A stretch of DNA of 64,000 bases from NCBI GenBank assembly GCA_965219415.1, contig OZ244742.1, positions 1,536,001 to 1,600,000 on the forward strand, read 5' to 3'. The stretch comes from Candidatus Marinacidobacterales bacterium (GTDB lineage Bacteria > Acidobacteriota > Vicinamibacteria > Marinacidobacterales > DATDRI01). Below, in pieces: positions 1 to 9,812 of this stretch (position 1 is the first letter of the stretch; each line of letters opens with the position of its first letter). Under the pieces are notes generated by a model. That model did no database searches. It was not told the origin of the DNA and saw only the letters and a list, made by a program, of their open reading frames with translations. A program made the position numbers and the translations under genes.

Positions 1-264
1 GATAGGCACGCGGTCGAGTACTCACTCGGGTTCTTGGGGAAAACGAGCAAGCTACCGGAATCGAACGTTCTTTCGCTCATCACGATGTGCGGCCACGGAA
101 TGGTCTCTAGTGCTTTTGCTCAGAAGATGATCGATTGGGTCAAAACCGGCCGCAAGTCTCCTGCCGAATGCGCCCGGTATATGTCGCGTTTCTGTGTGTG
201 TGGTGTTTTCAATCCAGTACGAGCGGAGCGTTTACTCCGACAAAGGTCGAACAATGCCAGCTAA
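1..264 (+). CDS. Cys-rich conserved hypothetical protein, C-terminal part (5' end outside window)
   Basis: Frame is open from position 1 (DRHAVEYSLGFLGK...). Motifs TMCGHGMV and FCVCGVFNP suggest metal binding. The stop overlaps the GntR start. Confidence 0.65.
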   Translation, partial: DRHAVEYSLGFLGKTSKLPESNVLSLITMCGHGMVSSAFAQKMIDWVKTGRKSPAECARYMSRFCVCGVFNPVRAERLLRQRSNNAS

Positions 265-958
265 CAAGCTCAAGAACAAGATGGTGGAAAGGCATACCCT
301 CGCCGATCAAGTTTACGCCTCCCTCAAGAAGGCGATGCTAGACGGCGATCTTCGTCCTGGCGAGCGCGTGAAGGAGCTCGAGATCGCACAATCACTGGGA
401 GCAAGCCGGACACCCGTCCGAGAGGCGTTGTCTAGACTCGAACAGGAGGGCCTCGTCCAACCCTTCCCGTCCGGCGGGCTGACCGTCGTCGAACTATCGC
501 CGAACGACGTTGAACAGCTCTTTGGTCTCTTGAAGGTCGTGGAGCCCTATGCCTGCAGTCTCGCCTTGGAGAACATCACCGAAAGGGAGCTCGTGAAGAT
601 TGAGGCGATCTGTGCGCGCGCCGAGGAGCTCACCCAAAAGGACAACGAGCGTCGCATCGAATTGAATCGGCGTTTTCATGACGTGCTGATTGAGGTGACG
701 GGACACCGGCGGCTCATAGAGCTGGTCACCAACCTTCGCGCCGCGATACAACCCTATCGCATCATCACTATGAACTCGCCCGAGTTCCAAGCCTCACCGG
801 AGTTCCTGGACCTGATGGTTCGGGACCACACCGAGATCATCCGGGCCTTGAGAGCGCGCGACGAGGAGCGGTTCGTTAAGCTGGTCATTGCTCACGACGA
901 AGTGGCGAAACGCAGCTTGATCGATTTTATTTGGGGGAAGGGTACAAAACACGCTTAG
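254..958 (+). CDS. GntR family transcriptional regulator (FCD domain)
   Basis: HTH motif LRPGERVKELEIAQSLGASRTPVREALSRLEQEGLV and FCD-like C-terminus (LNRRFH, DHTEII). Confidence 0.92.
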   Translation: MPANKLKNKMVERHTLADQVYASLKKAMLDGDLRPGERVKELEIAQSLGASRTPVREALSRLEQEGLVQPFPSGGLTVVELSPNDVEQLFGLLKVVEPYACSLALENITERELVKIEAICARAEELTQKDNERRIELNRRFHDVLIEVTGHRRLIELVTNLRAAIQPYRIITMNSPEFQASPEFLDLMVRDHTEIIRALRARDEERFVKLVIAHDEVAKRSLIDFIWGKGTKHA

Positions 959-1791
959 AAGCTTCCGGTTTGGAAATCCCGAACCGCCTGGATCAACTCC
1001 TCCTGAGTGTTCATCACGAAGGGACCGAATCTAGCCACCGGCTCGGCGAGCGGCGCCGCCGCGAGCAGTAGGAAGCGCACCGCAGATTCTTCTGTCTCCA
1101 CGGCGATAGCATCTCCGTCCTCACAAACCGCGAGGTGTCCAGCGCGGAGTTCTTTTTCACTACCTAACTTGCCCGCACCCTCGAAGGCGTAGACAAGCGC
1201 ACTGTGCTCCGACGGAACGGACTGCTCGAAGCGTGATTGGGGCGGGACTTTGACATCTAGATAAAGAGGAGCGGTGGCAATGCCGACCACCGGGCCGGAC
1301 ACGCCCCCGGATTTGCCAGCGATCACTCGCACCTCGGCACCATCTTCGAGAGTCAACGCCGGGATCTCGTTCGGCGGGATGTCCTGGTACCTCGGATCAC
1401 ACATCTTGTCCTGCGCCGGAAGGTTGACCCAAAGCTGGAAGCCCCACATCAGGCCATCTTTCTGCTTCGGCATCTCGGAATGAATGATTCCCCGTCCGGC
1501 GGTCATCCATTGGACGCTGCCAGCGGTCAAGGCGCCGGTGTGGCCGGTGTGATCCTTGTGCTCCATCGCGCCCGCCAACATGTACGTAACGGTTTCGAAG
1601 CCGCGGTGCGGGTGATCAGGAAAGCCAGCGATATAGTCCGCACTATCATCGGACTTGAACTCATCTAGCAACAGGAACGGATCGAGGTAATCGAGGGAGG
1701 GGGTGCCGAGACTGCGTTTGAGCTTGACGCCCGCCCCGTCAGAGGTTTCTCGCCCTTCGACCACCTTCACGGCCTTGCGTAGGTTGGACAT
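955..1791 (-). CDS. Pirin family protein
   Basis: Motifs DPFLLLD, HPHRGFETVTY, MTAGRGIIHSE, FQLWVNLP and GPFVMNT. Confidence 0.95.
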   Translation of the reverse strand: MSNLRKAVKVVEGRETSDGAGVKLKRSLGTPSLDYLDPFLLLDEFKSDDSADYIAGFPDHPHRGFETVTYMLAGAMEHKDHTGHTGALTAGSVQWMTAGRGIIHSEMPKQKDGLMWGFQLWVNLPAQDKMCDPRYQDIPPNEIPALTLEDGAEVRVIAGKSGGVSGPVVGIATAPLYLDVKVPPQSRFEQSVPSEHSALVYAFEGAGKLGSEKELRAGHLAVCEDGDAIAVETEESAVRFLLLAAAPLAEPVARFGPFVMNTQEELIQAVRDFQTGSF

Positions 1792-1863
1792 GGCTCTTTC
1801 CGGCCCACGATCATGCCAGGATCTGCGCTCGAGGTAAAGCCCGCCATCCCATCCCCGCCGCCA

Positions 1864-3216
1864 CTAGTTCGGCGCGGAGACCGGTGAGGCGACACGAAAT
1901 CCAGCGTCTTCCTCGCGAGAGAATTGCAGCGCTTCTCTATCGAGAACCACCCCGGCCTTGACCACGGTCTCGATATTTCGGGTGTCGCTGATTCTTCGGT
2001 CCGGACGTCCGTTGACGATTATGAGGTTGGCCAGGCGACCGGGCGCGAGCGTTCCCCACTCCTCCTCAGCGCTCATGAGCTTGGCGGCATTCGAGGTCGC
2101 GATCGAGATCGCCTGGAGCGGCGTGAGTCCTGCCTCGACGAGAAGTTCCATCTCCCGGTGGATTCCTTCCCCGAAAAAGACACCCGGATAAGGAGCGTCG
2201 GTGCCAGCAACGAGGAGCACTCCCGCGTCCAAGAGTTTGTTGGCATTTTCTTGTCTTTGTCGAAACCTTCGCTTGGCCCGATCGACCCCGGATCGCTCGG
2301 CGTCCGTGAGTGGTCGGGACATTTCCTCTCTCAAATCCTCCAGAAACCAGGGTGGAGTGGTGTCCGCGACGAGCGGATGGCGAAGGAAGTCGAAGCTATC
2401 GAAACGACGCCTCGTCCCAAACTCTGCCACCGCCAGAGTCGTGATGACGCGAATGCCTTTGTTGGTCATCAAAGCCAGCCCCTCCTCGTCGATCGTCCGG
2501 GCCGGCAAGTGAGCGAAAACCGTCATGTCGGTGCGCATCAAATCGGTGGAGCCGTTCAGCGACCACTGATCGACAACCAGCGGGAGGGAAACTTTCTTGG
2601 CCTCGGCCGCAAGAGCACTCACCATACGGTGGGAAAGCCCACCGTATGCTTTGATGACATCCACGCCTGCCGCCTTCAGTCCTTCCGCGATCTTCGGTAT
2701 CTGTTCGAGCGAGGCTGCGGAATGGGAAATAGGAGGCCAAGCGGGGTCGCTACCGTCGACCAACGCGCCGGCGCAATAGATGCGGGGCCCAGGTATGCGT
2801 CCCGCGGCAACCTCTTGCCACATTTGAAGAATGAAAGGCTCGACGTTGCCAACATCGAGGACCGTCGTGACACCGTTATAGAGAAGAGAATTCAGGTATC
2901 TCTGATAGCCGAGCATGTCGACGCGGTGTCCGTCCCAACCGCCCAAGAGATGAACGTGCATGTCCGCGAGACCGGGCAATACCGTTTTCCCCATCGCGTC
3001 GATCACTCGAGCGTCGGAAGGGATCTCGATCCGTTGAGACGGCCCCACCGCCTGAATCCGGTCGCCGCTTATGATGACCGTTCCGCTCTCGAGAGGAACG
3101 CCACCTTGCCCGTCGACGATGACCGCGTTGGTGATGGCCAGCCGCGCATCCTGTCGCGATACGAGGCCCGTCAGAAAAACGACAGCGGTTAGGTAAAGGA
3201 CCACGTTCTTGCCCAA
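1864..3216 (-). CDS. Exported amidohydrolase family protein
   Basis: Motifs PGLADMHVH, AGTDA and GTLAPGRLANL, with a hydrophobic N-terminal signal. Confidence 0.88.
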   Translation of the reverse strand: MGKNVVLYLTAVVFLTGLVSRQDARLAITNAVIVDGQGGVPLESGTVIISGDRIQAVGPSQRIEIPSDARVIDAMGKTVLPGLADMHVHLLGGWDGHRVDMLGYQRYLNSLLYNGVTTVLDVGNVEPFILQMWQEVAAGRIPGPRIYCAGALVDGSDPAWPPISHSAASLEQIPKIAEGLKAAGVDVIKAYGGLSHRMVSALAAEAKKVSLPLVVDQWSLNGSTDLMRTDMTVFAHLPARTIDEEGLALMTNKGIRVITTLAVAEFGTRRRFDSFDFLRHPLVADTTPPWFLEDLREEMSRPLTDAERSGVDRAKRRFRQRQENANKLLDAGVLLVAGTDAPYPGVFFGEGIHREMELLVEAGLTPLQAISIATSNAAKLMSAEEEWGTLAPGRLANLIIVNGRPDRRISDTRNIETVVKAGVVLDREALQFSREEDAGFRVASPVSAPN

Positions 3217-3274
3217 TAGACCCTCCTTCCTTTCAATCAGGGAAGCGCCCGCGAGGATACGAAAGATCTTCTAG

Positions 3275-3769
3275 ATGTACAATCTCCCCGTGGCAACTGT
3301 TTACATTACGGTCGCTCTTCTTCTGATCGCCGGACTCTTGGGATCGTTCCTCCCCGTCCTTCCGGGCACGCCGCTCATCGTGGTGGGAGCGTTGCTATAT
3401 GCGTATGTGACCGACTTTGAGACGATCGGCGTCGGGAGGCTTCTCATCCTGGTCGGGTTCAGTCTCCTCGCCTACGCACTCGATTACACCGCGGGAGCGC
3501 TGGGCGTCAAGAAATTCGGAGGGAGCAGTTGGGCCGTCGTGGGGGCCGTGCTGGGAGCAGTAGTAGGAGTCTTCTTCGGCGCCATCGGTCTCGTGCTCGG
3601 CCCGATCCTCGGCTCGGTCCTTGGTGAGCTGCTTCGCAGCCGCAAGCTCAAGAATAGCCTTAGGAGCGCTCTCGGAACCGGTGTGGGCATGCTACTGGGC
3701 CTAGTGGCCAAGCTTTCCCTCGCCGTCGTCATGGTCGGCCTCGTGCTCTGGTGGATGTGGAACGGTTAG
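3275..3769 (+). CDS. DUF456 (YqgC-like) membrane protein
   Basis: Hydrophobic, Gly-rich, with GSFLPVLPG and KKFGGS motifs. Confidence 0.85.
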   Translation: MYNLPVATVYITVALLLIAGLLGSFLPVLPGTPLIVVGALLYAYVTDFETIGVGRLLILVGFSLLAYALDYTAGALGVKKFGGSSWAVVGAVLGAVVGVFFGAIGLVLGPILGSVLGELLRSRKLKNSLRSALGTGVGMLLGLVAKLSLAVVMVGLVLWWMWNG

Positions 3770-3781
3770 CCCGATCCTCCA

Positions 3782-4090
3782 CTAGCTGGAGGGCGCCGGA
3801 TCCATAGCCGCGGATCCTTCGTCTGCGGGCACGTCGCTATATCCGTCGGCGTGGATTCTCCAAGAGCCATCGGGGACTCGTTTCAACACCACGACGAATT
3901 TCCCCTTGCTCCTGCTGATCTCTCCTCCGTCCTGAGTTCGGATCAACGTGTAGTAACCGATGTCGTAGGCGAGATCTCCGTCGATGTCGCGGTCGACACT
4001 GTTGAAAGACAGCGCCATCTGGACCCCGCCTTCCGACATCCGAGCCAATCCGCCCTCGAAGGATTGCTCGATGGTTATATCCCCTCGTCT
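3782..4090 (-). pseudogene. C-terminal remnant of a DUF4440/SnoaL (NTF2-like) protein
   Basis: GDLAYDIGYY...SKGKFVVVLKRVPDGSWRI is an NTF2-like C-terminus. An in-frame stop lies near 4091 and the N-terminal half is absent. Confidence 0.6.
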
Positions 4091-4275
4091 TCACTCAATA
4101 GGCCTCATAGGCGATCCTTCCCGTGGCACGCCATTTTCGCCGAAAGCAAAGCATTAGCCAAAAGGATTCCTTGTCGCCCCGAGGAAGTATCTGTTCTTGA
4201 ACTTCTTAGCCATGGCCAGATTGTGGTAAGCTCGTGCCTCTAACTAGCGGTACCGATTCTTGCCAGGAGGAACCA

Positions 4276-5502
4276 ATGGCCGACTCACCGGCAACCACCC
4301 TATCGAAAAAGACCCAAGAGCACCTCTCGCTCGCCGAAACGCATGGGGCCCACAATTATCATCCACTGCCCGTCGTCATCGAGCGAGGTGAAGGGATTTG
4401 GGTATGGGACGTCGACGGAAAGAAGTACATGGACTGCCTATCTGCTTACTCAGCCGTGAACCAGGGTCACTGCCACCCTCGACTCATCGAGATCACCAAG
4501 AAGCAGGTGGAAAGACTCACCCTCACATCACGGGCCTTCCATAACGATCAGACCGGCCCCTTTTTCCAAGAGCTCGCGGAAGTCTGCGACATGGACACGG
4601 TGCTCCCTATGAACTCGGGCGCCGAAGCCGTGGAGACCGCCATCAAGACGGCTCGCAAGTGGGGCTACACAAAAAAAGGCGTCGAGGACAACCAGGCCGA
4701 GATCATTGCTTTCGAGAACAACTTCCATGGCCGCACCACGACCATCGTCGGCTTCTCCACCGAGGCTCAGTACAAGCAGGGTTTCGGACCCTTCACTCCT
4801 GGATTCCGCACGGTGCCATACGGGGACTTGGACGCGGCTCGGGATGCGGTGAACAAGAACACCGTCGGCATCCTGGTGGAGCCCTTACAAGGTGAAGCGG
4901 GAGTCGTTGTTCCCCCGGAAGGGTTCCTCCGCGGATTGAGAGAGCTCGCGACCGCGGAGGCCGTGCTGCTCCTGGCAGACGAAATTCAAACCGGACTGGG
5001 TCGCACCGGCCGGATGTTCGCGTGTCAGCACGAGAACGTCCAACCCGACGCCTACATCGTCGGCAAGGCGTTGAGCGGGGGCTTCTACCCTGTCTCGGCG
5101 GTGGTCTCCTCCGAAGAGATCCTAAGCGTCTTTAGTCCCGGCGATCACGGGTCGACCTTTGGTGGCAATCCTTTGGCTTGCGCGATTGCCCGCGAGGCGC
5201 TCCGCATCCTGGTCGAGGACAAGCTACCCGAGCGTGCCCACGAGATGGGCACGTACTTCATGGAAGGGTTACGTCAGATGGGTTCTCCGCACGTAGAGGA
5301 GGTGCGGGGCAAGGGGCTCCTCATCGGAGTCGAGCTGAAACCAGAGTCGGGACCGGCGCGACTCTTCTGCGAAAAACTGATGGAACGAGGCATGCTATGC
5401 AAGGAGACTCACGAGAGCGTCATCCGCTTCGCGCCGCCGCTTGTCATCGAGCGCGAGGACATCGACTGGGCACTCGCCCAAATTCGCGAGGTCCTCTCCT
5501 AG
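4276..5502 (+). CDS. rocD: Ornithine--oxo-acid transaminase
   Basis: Motifs AHNYHPLPV, LSAYSAVNQGH, NSGAEAVETAIK, EPLQGEAG, DEIQTGLGRTG and GKALSGG. AGGAGG RBS precedes ATG 4276. Confidence 0.95.
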   Translation: MADSPATTLSKKTQEHLSLAETHGAHNYHPLPVVIERGEGIWVWDVDGKKYMDCLSAYSAVNQGHCHPRLIEITKKQVERLTLTSRAFHNDQTGPFFQELAEVCDMDTVLPMNSGAEAVETAIKTARKWGYTKKGVEDNQAEIIAFENNFHGRTTTIVGFSTEAQYKQGFGPFTPGFRTVPYGDLDAARDAVNKNTVGILVEPLQGEAGVVVPPEGFLRGLRELATAEAVLLLADEIQTGLGRTGRMFACQHENVQPDAYIVGKALSGGFYPVSAVVSSEEILSVFSPGDHGSTFGGNPLACAIAREALRILVEDKLPERAHEMGTYFMEGLRQMGSPHVEEVRGKGLLIGVELKPESGPARLFCEKLMERGMLCKETHESVIRFAPPLVIEREDIDWALAQIREVLS

Positions 5503-5516
5503 CTGCAAGAGAACCG

Positions 5517-6767
5517 TCAACTTCCCCGATAGGGCCGTTTGAGATAACGGCGGGCTTTCTTGTGAGAGTCCCCGACACGAGGAAGACCAAGCACCGCGTC
5601 GTATTGTGACCGCGCCCTTTCTCTACTTCCCTTCTTATCCAGTAGGAGCCCCGCCCCGAGATGACAAAGCGCTTGCTCTCGGGCCGGCGTCTTTACGTCT
5701 TCCGTGCAATCGACGAACTGCGGGAGCGCCACGTCCGGGCGACCTAGACGGACGAACCTACTTCCAAGTTTGTACCGAAACGTTTCGAGGGGGAGCCTGT
5801 AGTAGTTGGCTCGTTGCTCTTCGGCCAGTCTCACTACCGCGAGATAGGTCCTAACGGCCTCTTGCTTTCTGCGCATTCTCTCCAGGATCTGCCCCTGGTT
5901 GAGATGGAACAAGAAGTTTCGGGGGAACCGTCGGTGCAACTCACTGGCGCTCGCCAGGGCGTCCCGGTTTTGCTTCTCGCGAAAGTATACGACCATCAGC
6001 AGCACGCGGGCTTCGTCTGGAACTGCTAGGCCTTTGTCGCGAGCGAGCTCCAGGTACTCGATGCCTCTTTCTTCACTGCCGCGATATCCCACGATCTTGG
6101 CTGGCCATTTGAAGTACCAACGCAAGTTGTCGACGATGTACTCGTACAAACCGACGCTCATATAGGCATCGTAGTATTCGGGGTTTTCCGCCAGGAGCCT
6201 CTGATGATCGCGGTAGGCCTTCTTGGCGTGACCAATAGCCCCCAACTTGCTCCGGTCGATGGTGTAAGAAAAAGCGGCCAGCAGAGCCTCGGCACTACCA
6301 CGAAAGAATCGTGCGTCTTCGTTCTCCACGTCCTCTTCCAAGATCGCCGCAGACAGCTGTTGGCTTCGCTCGATATTTTCGAAGAAAGCCTGTCGATGCG
6401 TGCCCGGCATTTTGCGGGCGGAGGACCTGTTGAAGTAACCGGGGGCTACGAATCTATTGAGGTTGAGTTCTTGGCGCTCGAAGAGCTCGCGTAGCCAAAT
6501 CGCCGCGGCGACGACGAGCGGTGGACCGGGATGCGCGGGATATTTGGTCCTCCCGTCGGTGAAGGTCGCGATCGCTCGCTCATAGTCCAAGTTGTAGAGC
6601 TGCTCGAAACCCTCACCAACGAGAGCCACGTACTCCGGATCGCGGAGGGGCGTCTGACTAGCTCCATCTCTGGCACCCTCGCCTACTGACGCCCAGGGGA
6701 GTCCGTACGTCGAGTCCAGCTGCACCGATAGAACTAGCACCGCCGCGATAGCCGGAACACTTTTCAA
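5517..6767 (-). CDS. Tetratricopeptide-repeat protein (start uncertain; ORF open to 6884)
   Basis: Helical TPR-like repeats (YNLDYERA, NPEYYDAYMSVGLY) and a signal-like segment after TTG 6767. Confidence 0.7.
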   Translation of the reverse strand: MKSVPAIAAVLVLSVQLDSTYGLPWASVGEGARDGASQTPLRDPEYVALVGEGFEQLYNLDYERAIATFTDGRTKYPAHPGPPLVVAAAIWLRELFERQELNLNRFVAPGYFNRSSARKMPGTHRQAFFENIERSQQLSAAILEEDVENEDARFFRGSAEALLAAFSYTIDRSKLGAIGHAKKAYRDHQRLLAENPEYYDAYMSVGLYEYIVDNLRWYFKWPAKIVGYRGSEERGIEYLELARDKGLAVPDEARVLLMVVYFREKQNRDALASASELHRRFPRNFLFHLNQGQILERMRRKQEAVRTYLAVVRLAEEQRANYYRLPLETFRYKLGSRFVRLGRPDVALPQFVDCTEDVKTPAREQALCHLGAGLLLDKKGSRERARSQYDAVLGLPRVGDSHKKARRYLKRPYRGS

Positions 6768-6927
6768 ACCGAACCCTCGTAGATTGCCAAAATGTAGGTG
6801 ATTTCCCCACGGGTGTTGGGAAACCCCAACGCCCTCCTCCTTATCGGGCCCGGCTAAAACCGGTGGCTCCGGCTTGCAACCCACTTAAATACACCGTCTT
6901 CCAGTCCCGCTCTCCCCGGATCCGGAA

Positions 6928-6944
6928 CTGGTACCTCCCTTGCT
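6928..6944 (+). promoter_or_regulatory. Putative sigma-54 (-24/-12) promoter
   Basis: CTGGTAC-CTCCC-TTGCT matches TGGCAC-N5-TTGC with exact GG-N10-GC spacing, about 95 bp upstream of the ORF at 7038. Confidence 0.55.
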
Positions 6945-7037
6945 TGGAAGGGGTCTCATACCGAACTTGCCAAGAACACTTTCAGCCCTAGGCGACCCGA
7001 CCAACGGGTGGTCCCCTTCGGCTGACGGAGCCAAAGC

Positions 7038-7523
7038 ATGAAAACGATTCTAGGGTCGATGGGGCTTCTGCTCGTCTTCAGCTTAGCAGCCGCTCCCAAC
7101 GCTGGCACTTGCTCCCCGCTCGCCAAATCAGACGACGCCTCGTCCGAATCGGAGCCCGACGACCGTGTACCCGCGCAGAGTGAAATCGACGAGTCCAAAG
7201 TACAAGAGGGAAAAAATGGACAGGGTCTCTACCGGTTTTTCGGAGCCATCATGTTCGCCGCATCGGCGGGAGACCTCGCCTCCACCGAGTGGGGTCTGTC
7301 GAAGCCCGGGATCTACGAAACCAATCCCTTGGCGATGAATCGGAACGTTCGTGTCACTGCACACGTCTTGGTACCGACGGTCGTCTGGTGGGCCACCAAC
7401 AAGATGCGAAAAAACGGCCATCACAAAGCGGCGCTCTGGATTCGTATCGGCGTCACCGCGGCGTACGGCTACGCGGTCATGCACAACCTGCGGACGGCAG
7501 GATCCGCAAGCCCGATCTATTAG
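7038..7523 (+). CDS. Hypothetical secreted/membrane protein
   Basis: Signal peptide, acidic linker, then hydrophobic helices (DLASTEW...YETNPL...AVMHN). Confidence 0.65.
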   Translation: MKTILGSMGLLLVFSLAAAPNAGTCSPLAKSDDASSESEPDDRVPAQSEIDESKVQEGKNGQGLYRFFGAIMFAASAGDLASTEWGLSKPGIYETNPLAMNRNVRVTAHVLVPTVVWWATNKMRKNGHHKAALWIRIGVTAAYGYAVMHNLRTAGSASPIY

Positions 7524-7529
7524 AAATAC

Positions 7530-9695
7530 TTAGCGTCGCCCCGCATCAGAGGCCGGAGAGCTCAACGTCAACACCCCCACCTTTTCGAGCATCCGAAAGT
7601 ACTCTTCAAACTCTTCGAGTGGGGCAGGACCATACTCCGCCGCAAGCCGCTCTCGAATTTGCCCCAAATTCAATTTTCCGTCCGCGAAATTTAGCGTCTC
7701 CCACGGGTAGTAACGGCCGCGACGAACGAGTCGGATCTTCTTTATGAAATCCGGATCCTGGAGTTTTTCCTTGAGCCAGTCCTGGCCGTATTGGTGTCGA
7801 AATAAATTCACCGGCCCTCTTATCTCCGTGTTGCGCGTGGGAACCAGAAGAGCGATTCCGCCAGTTGGTGGAGACGACGGTTCGACCGCGCCCCATTCAC
7901 GCATTTCCGCGACCGTCGCCGCCTGCTGGCGCAGACGCTTCTGGGCGGCCGGCTCCCGTTCGGCCACACTCCGGGCGGTCTCCGTGACATAGTCCTTCGA
8001 CTTTCCGTCGGAGGCGAAGACTTCGAGCGTCGCGAGCGCTTCCGCTTCGCGCCGATAGGCTTGGGTGATGATAGTCCGGGCCAACCAGTAGTCGTCCAGC
8101 ACGGAGGCTTTCGACGCCGCCCAGAGCACGTCCATCGCCCGTCGCTCCTCAGCGGACAAACGGGCGCCAGCCTTCTGGAGCCCGTTCTGCGCTAAGTTGG
8201 GAACCTCGTCCGCACCCGCCGATGCCATGACCAACGCGGCGGTCCCGGTGATCACGCCCGCTCGCTTCATTTGAGTAGCATCTGCCCGCTCGGGTGTATC
8301 TTCCTGCGTGCCAATGTACGGGTCCGGCCAGGTGTTGAGCAAAACGGCGTGCAAACCAATGCTCGCCTCCCCAACGTCCTCGTGATCACTCGGCCCCCAA
8401 AAATCCTCGATCTTGTAAAAAAATTGATCGCTGCTTCCCGCGGGATCGACGATGGGAAGTAGGAAACCACTTTCGAAGGTTGGGCCACGTCCGTTGCGAA
8501 TGGAGATGTTGTTGCCTTCAGCGACCACCTCGAACATCTCCTGCACGATGTCGTTCACGAAAGAGGGACGTGAGTCTGGCGTGCGATAGAGGCGCAGTAT
8601 CGACTGACTTAGATGCTGATGGTCTCCCACCATGTCCAGATCCAAGTAGGCCAGGACTCGCTTGGTGTTCTCAGGGTATGTATAGAAGTAGTAGAGGCTG
8701 GCGGTGTGCTCCGCTCCCCAGGTGAAGCGGATACCGCGACGTGGCCTTGGAATCCTGCCCCGCTCGACGAGAGTAGCCAGGCTTCTGGCCAAGTCCAGGG
8801 TCGTTCCAACCCCCGTCATATTGTTGCCTCCACCGCCATTGCGGTAGTTGGTGTGCGCCTGAATCCAAATCTCAGGCAGCTCGGGCTCGGTCCCCTTCAC
8901 CACCGCGTGAACCTGCGGGTAGTAGCCAGCCTTCGTTTCCGCTTCGATGTCGGCCCGCACAACAAGTTTCTCCCCGGCGGCGAGCCGGTTCGACAGTCCC
9001 TTTCCCGAACGGAAGGACACCGAAATGACGAAACCCGGGGGCTCGCCATTCGGGCCGTCCCGGGGAGCGATCTGCACTCCGGGAATGAGATCTGGCTCGC
9101 TAATGTGGTTCGAGGTTCTATATGCGATCACTCCCGCGGCACCGTGCTCCCAGACCGCCTTCGCATGCGCCATCCCCGGCGACCCCGAAGCGAGCGCGAT
9201 CTTCCCGGAGACGGACTTGCCTTCGTAATCCGACGGCTTGGTGCCCGCTCCCACATCGACGAGCTCGGCCGTCAAGTTGGCGCTGCCGCTGAATCGGGCG
9301 AGGTAACCGCGATAGGCGTCGAAGCTTGCGATTCTTTCCTTGTTGGGCTCGACCAGCCATATTTCCGCCTTCTTCCCCTCCCACCAGGGCTCCGACCGAA
9401 AGGCCCAGTAGTAGAGCTTTCCATCGGAAGGGAACCTCTCTATCTTCACGTCCGAGAGTCCCCATCGCCGTGCACTGTCGGCGATGTAGTCCGCCGTCTG
9501 ATCCGCGCCGAGCGAAGGCGAGAAACCCGAGAAATTACTGACGATGTGCGTGAAGTGGTTGAGTCCCATTTCACCGGACGTTTCCGCAATCAGGGCGTCC
9601 ATGACCTCGCGGTCGATCAAGGTAGAGTCCTGGCCGCGGGTGATAGCACCGCCGCCAAGAAGCGCGATCAAGGCAACCAAGACTTGTCGCTTCAT
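7530..9695 (-). CDS. M28-family peptidase-like protein with PA domain
   Basis: Signal peptide, PA-domain segment (DVGAGTKPSDYEGKSVSGKIAL), and WGAE, LDLDMVG and SDH motifs. Some metal ligands look divergent. Confidence 0.8.
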   Translation of the reverse strand: MKRQVLVALIALLGGGAITRGQDSTLIDREVMDALIAETSGEMGLNHFTHIVSNFSGFSPSLGADQTADYIADSARRWGLSDVKIERFPSDGKLYYWAFRSEPWWEGKKAEIWLVEPNKERIASFDAYRGYLARFSGSANLTAELVDVGAGTKPSDYEGKSVSGKIALASGSPGMAHAKAVWEHGAAGVIAYRTSNHISEPDLIPGVQIAPRDGPNGEPPGFVISVSFRSGKGLSNRLAAGEKLVVRADIEAETKAGYYPQVHAVVKGTEPELPEIWIQAHTNYRNGGGGNNMTGVGTTLDLARSLATLVERGRIPRPRRGIRFTWGAEHTASLYYFYTYPENTKRVLAYLDLDMVGDHQHLSQSILRLYRTPDSRPSFVNDIVQEMFEVVAEGNNISIRNGRGPTFESGFLLPIVDPAGSSDQFFYKIEDFWGPSDHEDVGEASIGLHAVLLNTWPDPYIGTQEDTPERADATQMKRAGVITGTAALVMASAGADEVPNLAQNGLQKAGARLSAEERRAMDVLWAASKASVLDDYWLARTIITQAYRREAEALATLEVFASDGKSKDYVTETARSVAEREPAAQKRLRQQAATVAEMREWGAVEPSSPPTGGIALLVPTRNTEIRGPVNLFRHQYGQDWLKEKLQDPDFIKKIRLVRRGRYYPWETLNFADGKLNLGQIRERLAAEYGPAPLEEFEEYFRMLEKVGVLTLSSPASDAGRR

Positions 9696-9812
9696 CGGTT
9701 CATCTCCTCCCGCCCTCTTCGGGGCGATGCGCGAGGCGTCGGCGCCTCGCCGTTTCTCGAGTCGCTCCTGACCATCCTTTTAGCACAACGCTCTTTCTGA
9801 GATCGACCACCC

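Noticed and set aside
1924-3192. Long antisense ORFs (also 8613-9800, 15840-16712, 16897-17778, 47654-48580)
   Set aside because: These are shadow ORFs of real genes in GC-rich DNA, with no recognisable motifs.
4145-4161. Second sigma-54-like motif on the minus strand (TTGGCTAATGCTTTGCT)
   Set aside because: Spacing is right but the -24 match is weak, and it precedes only a gene remnant.
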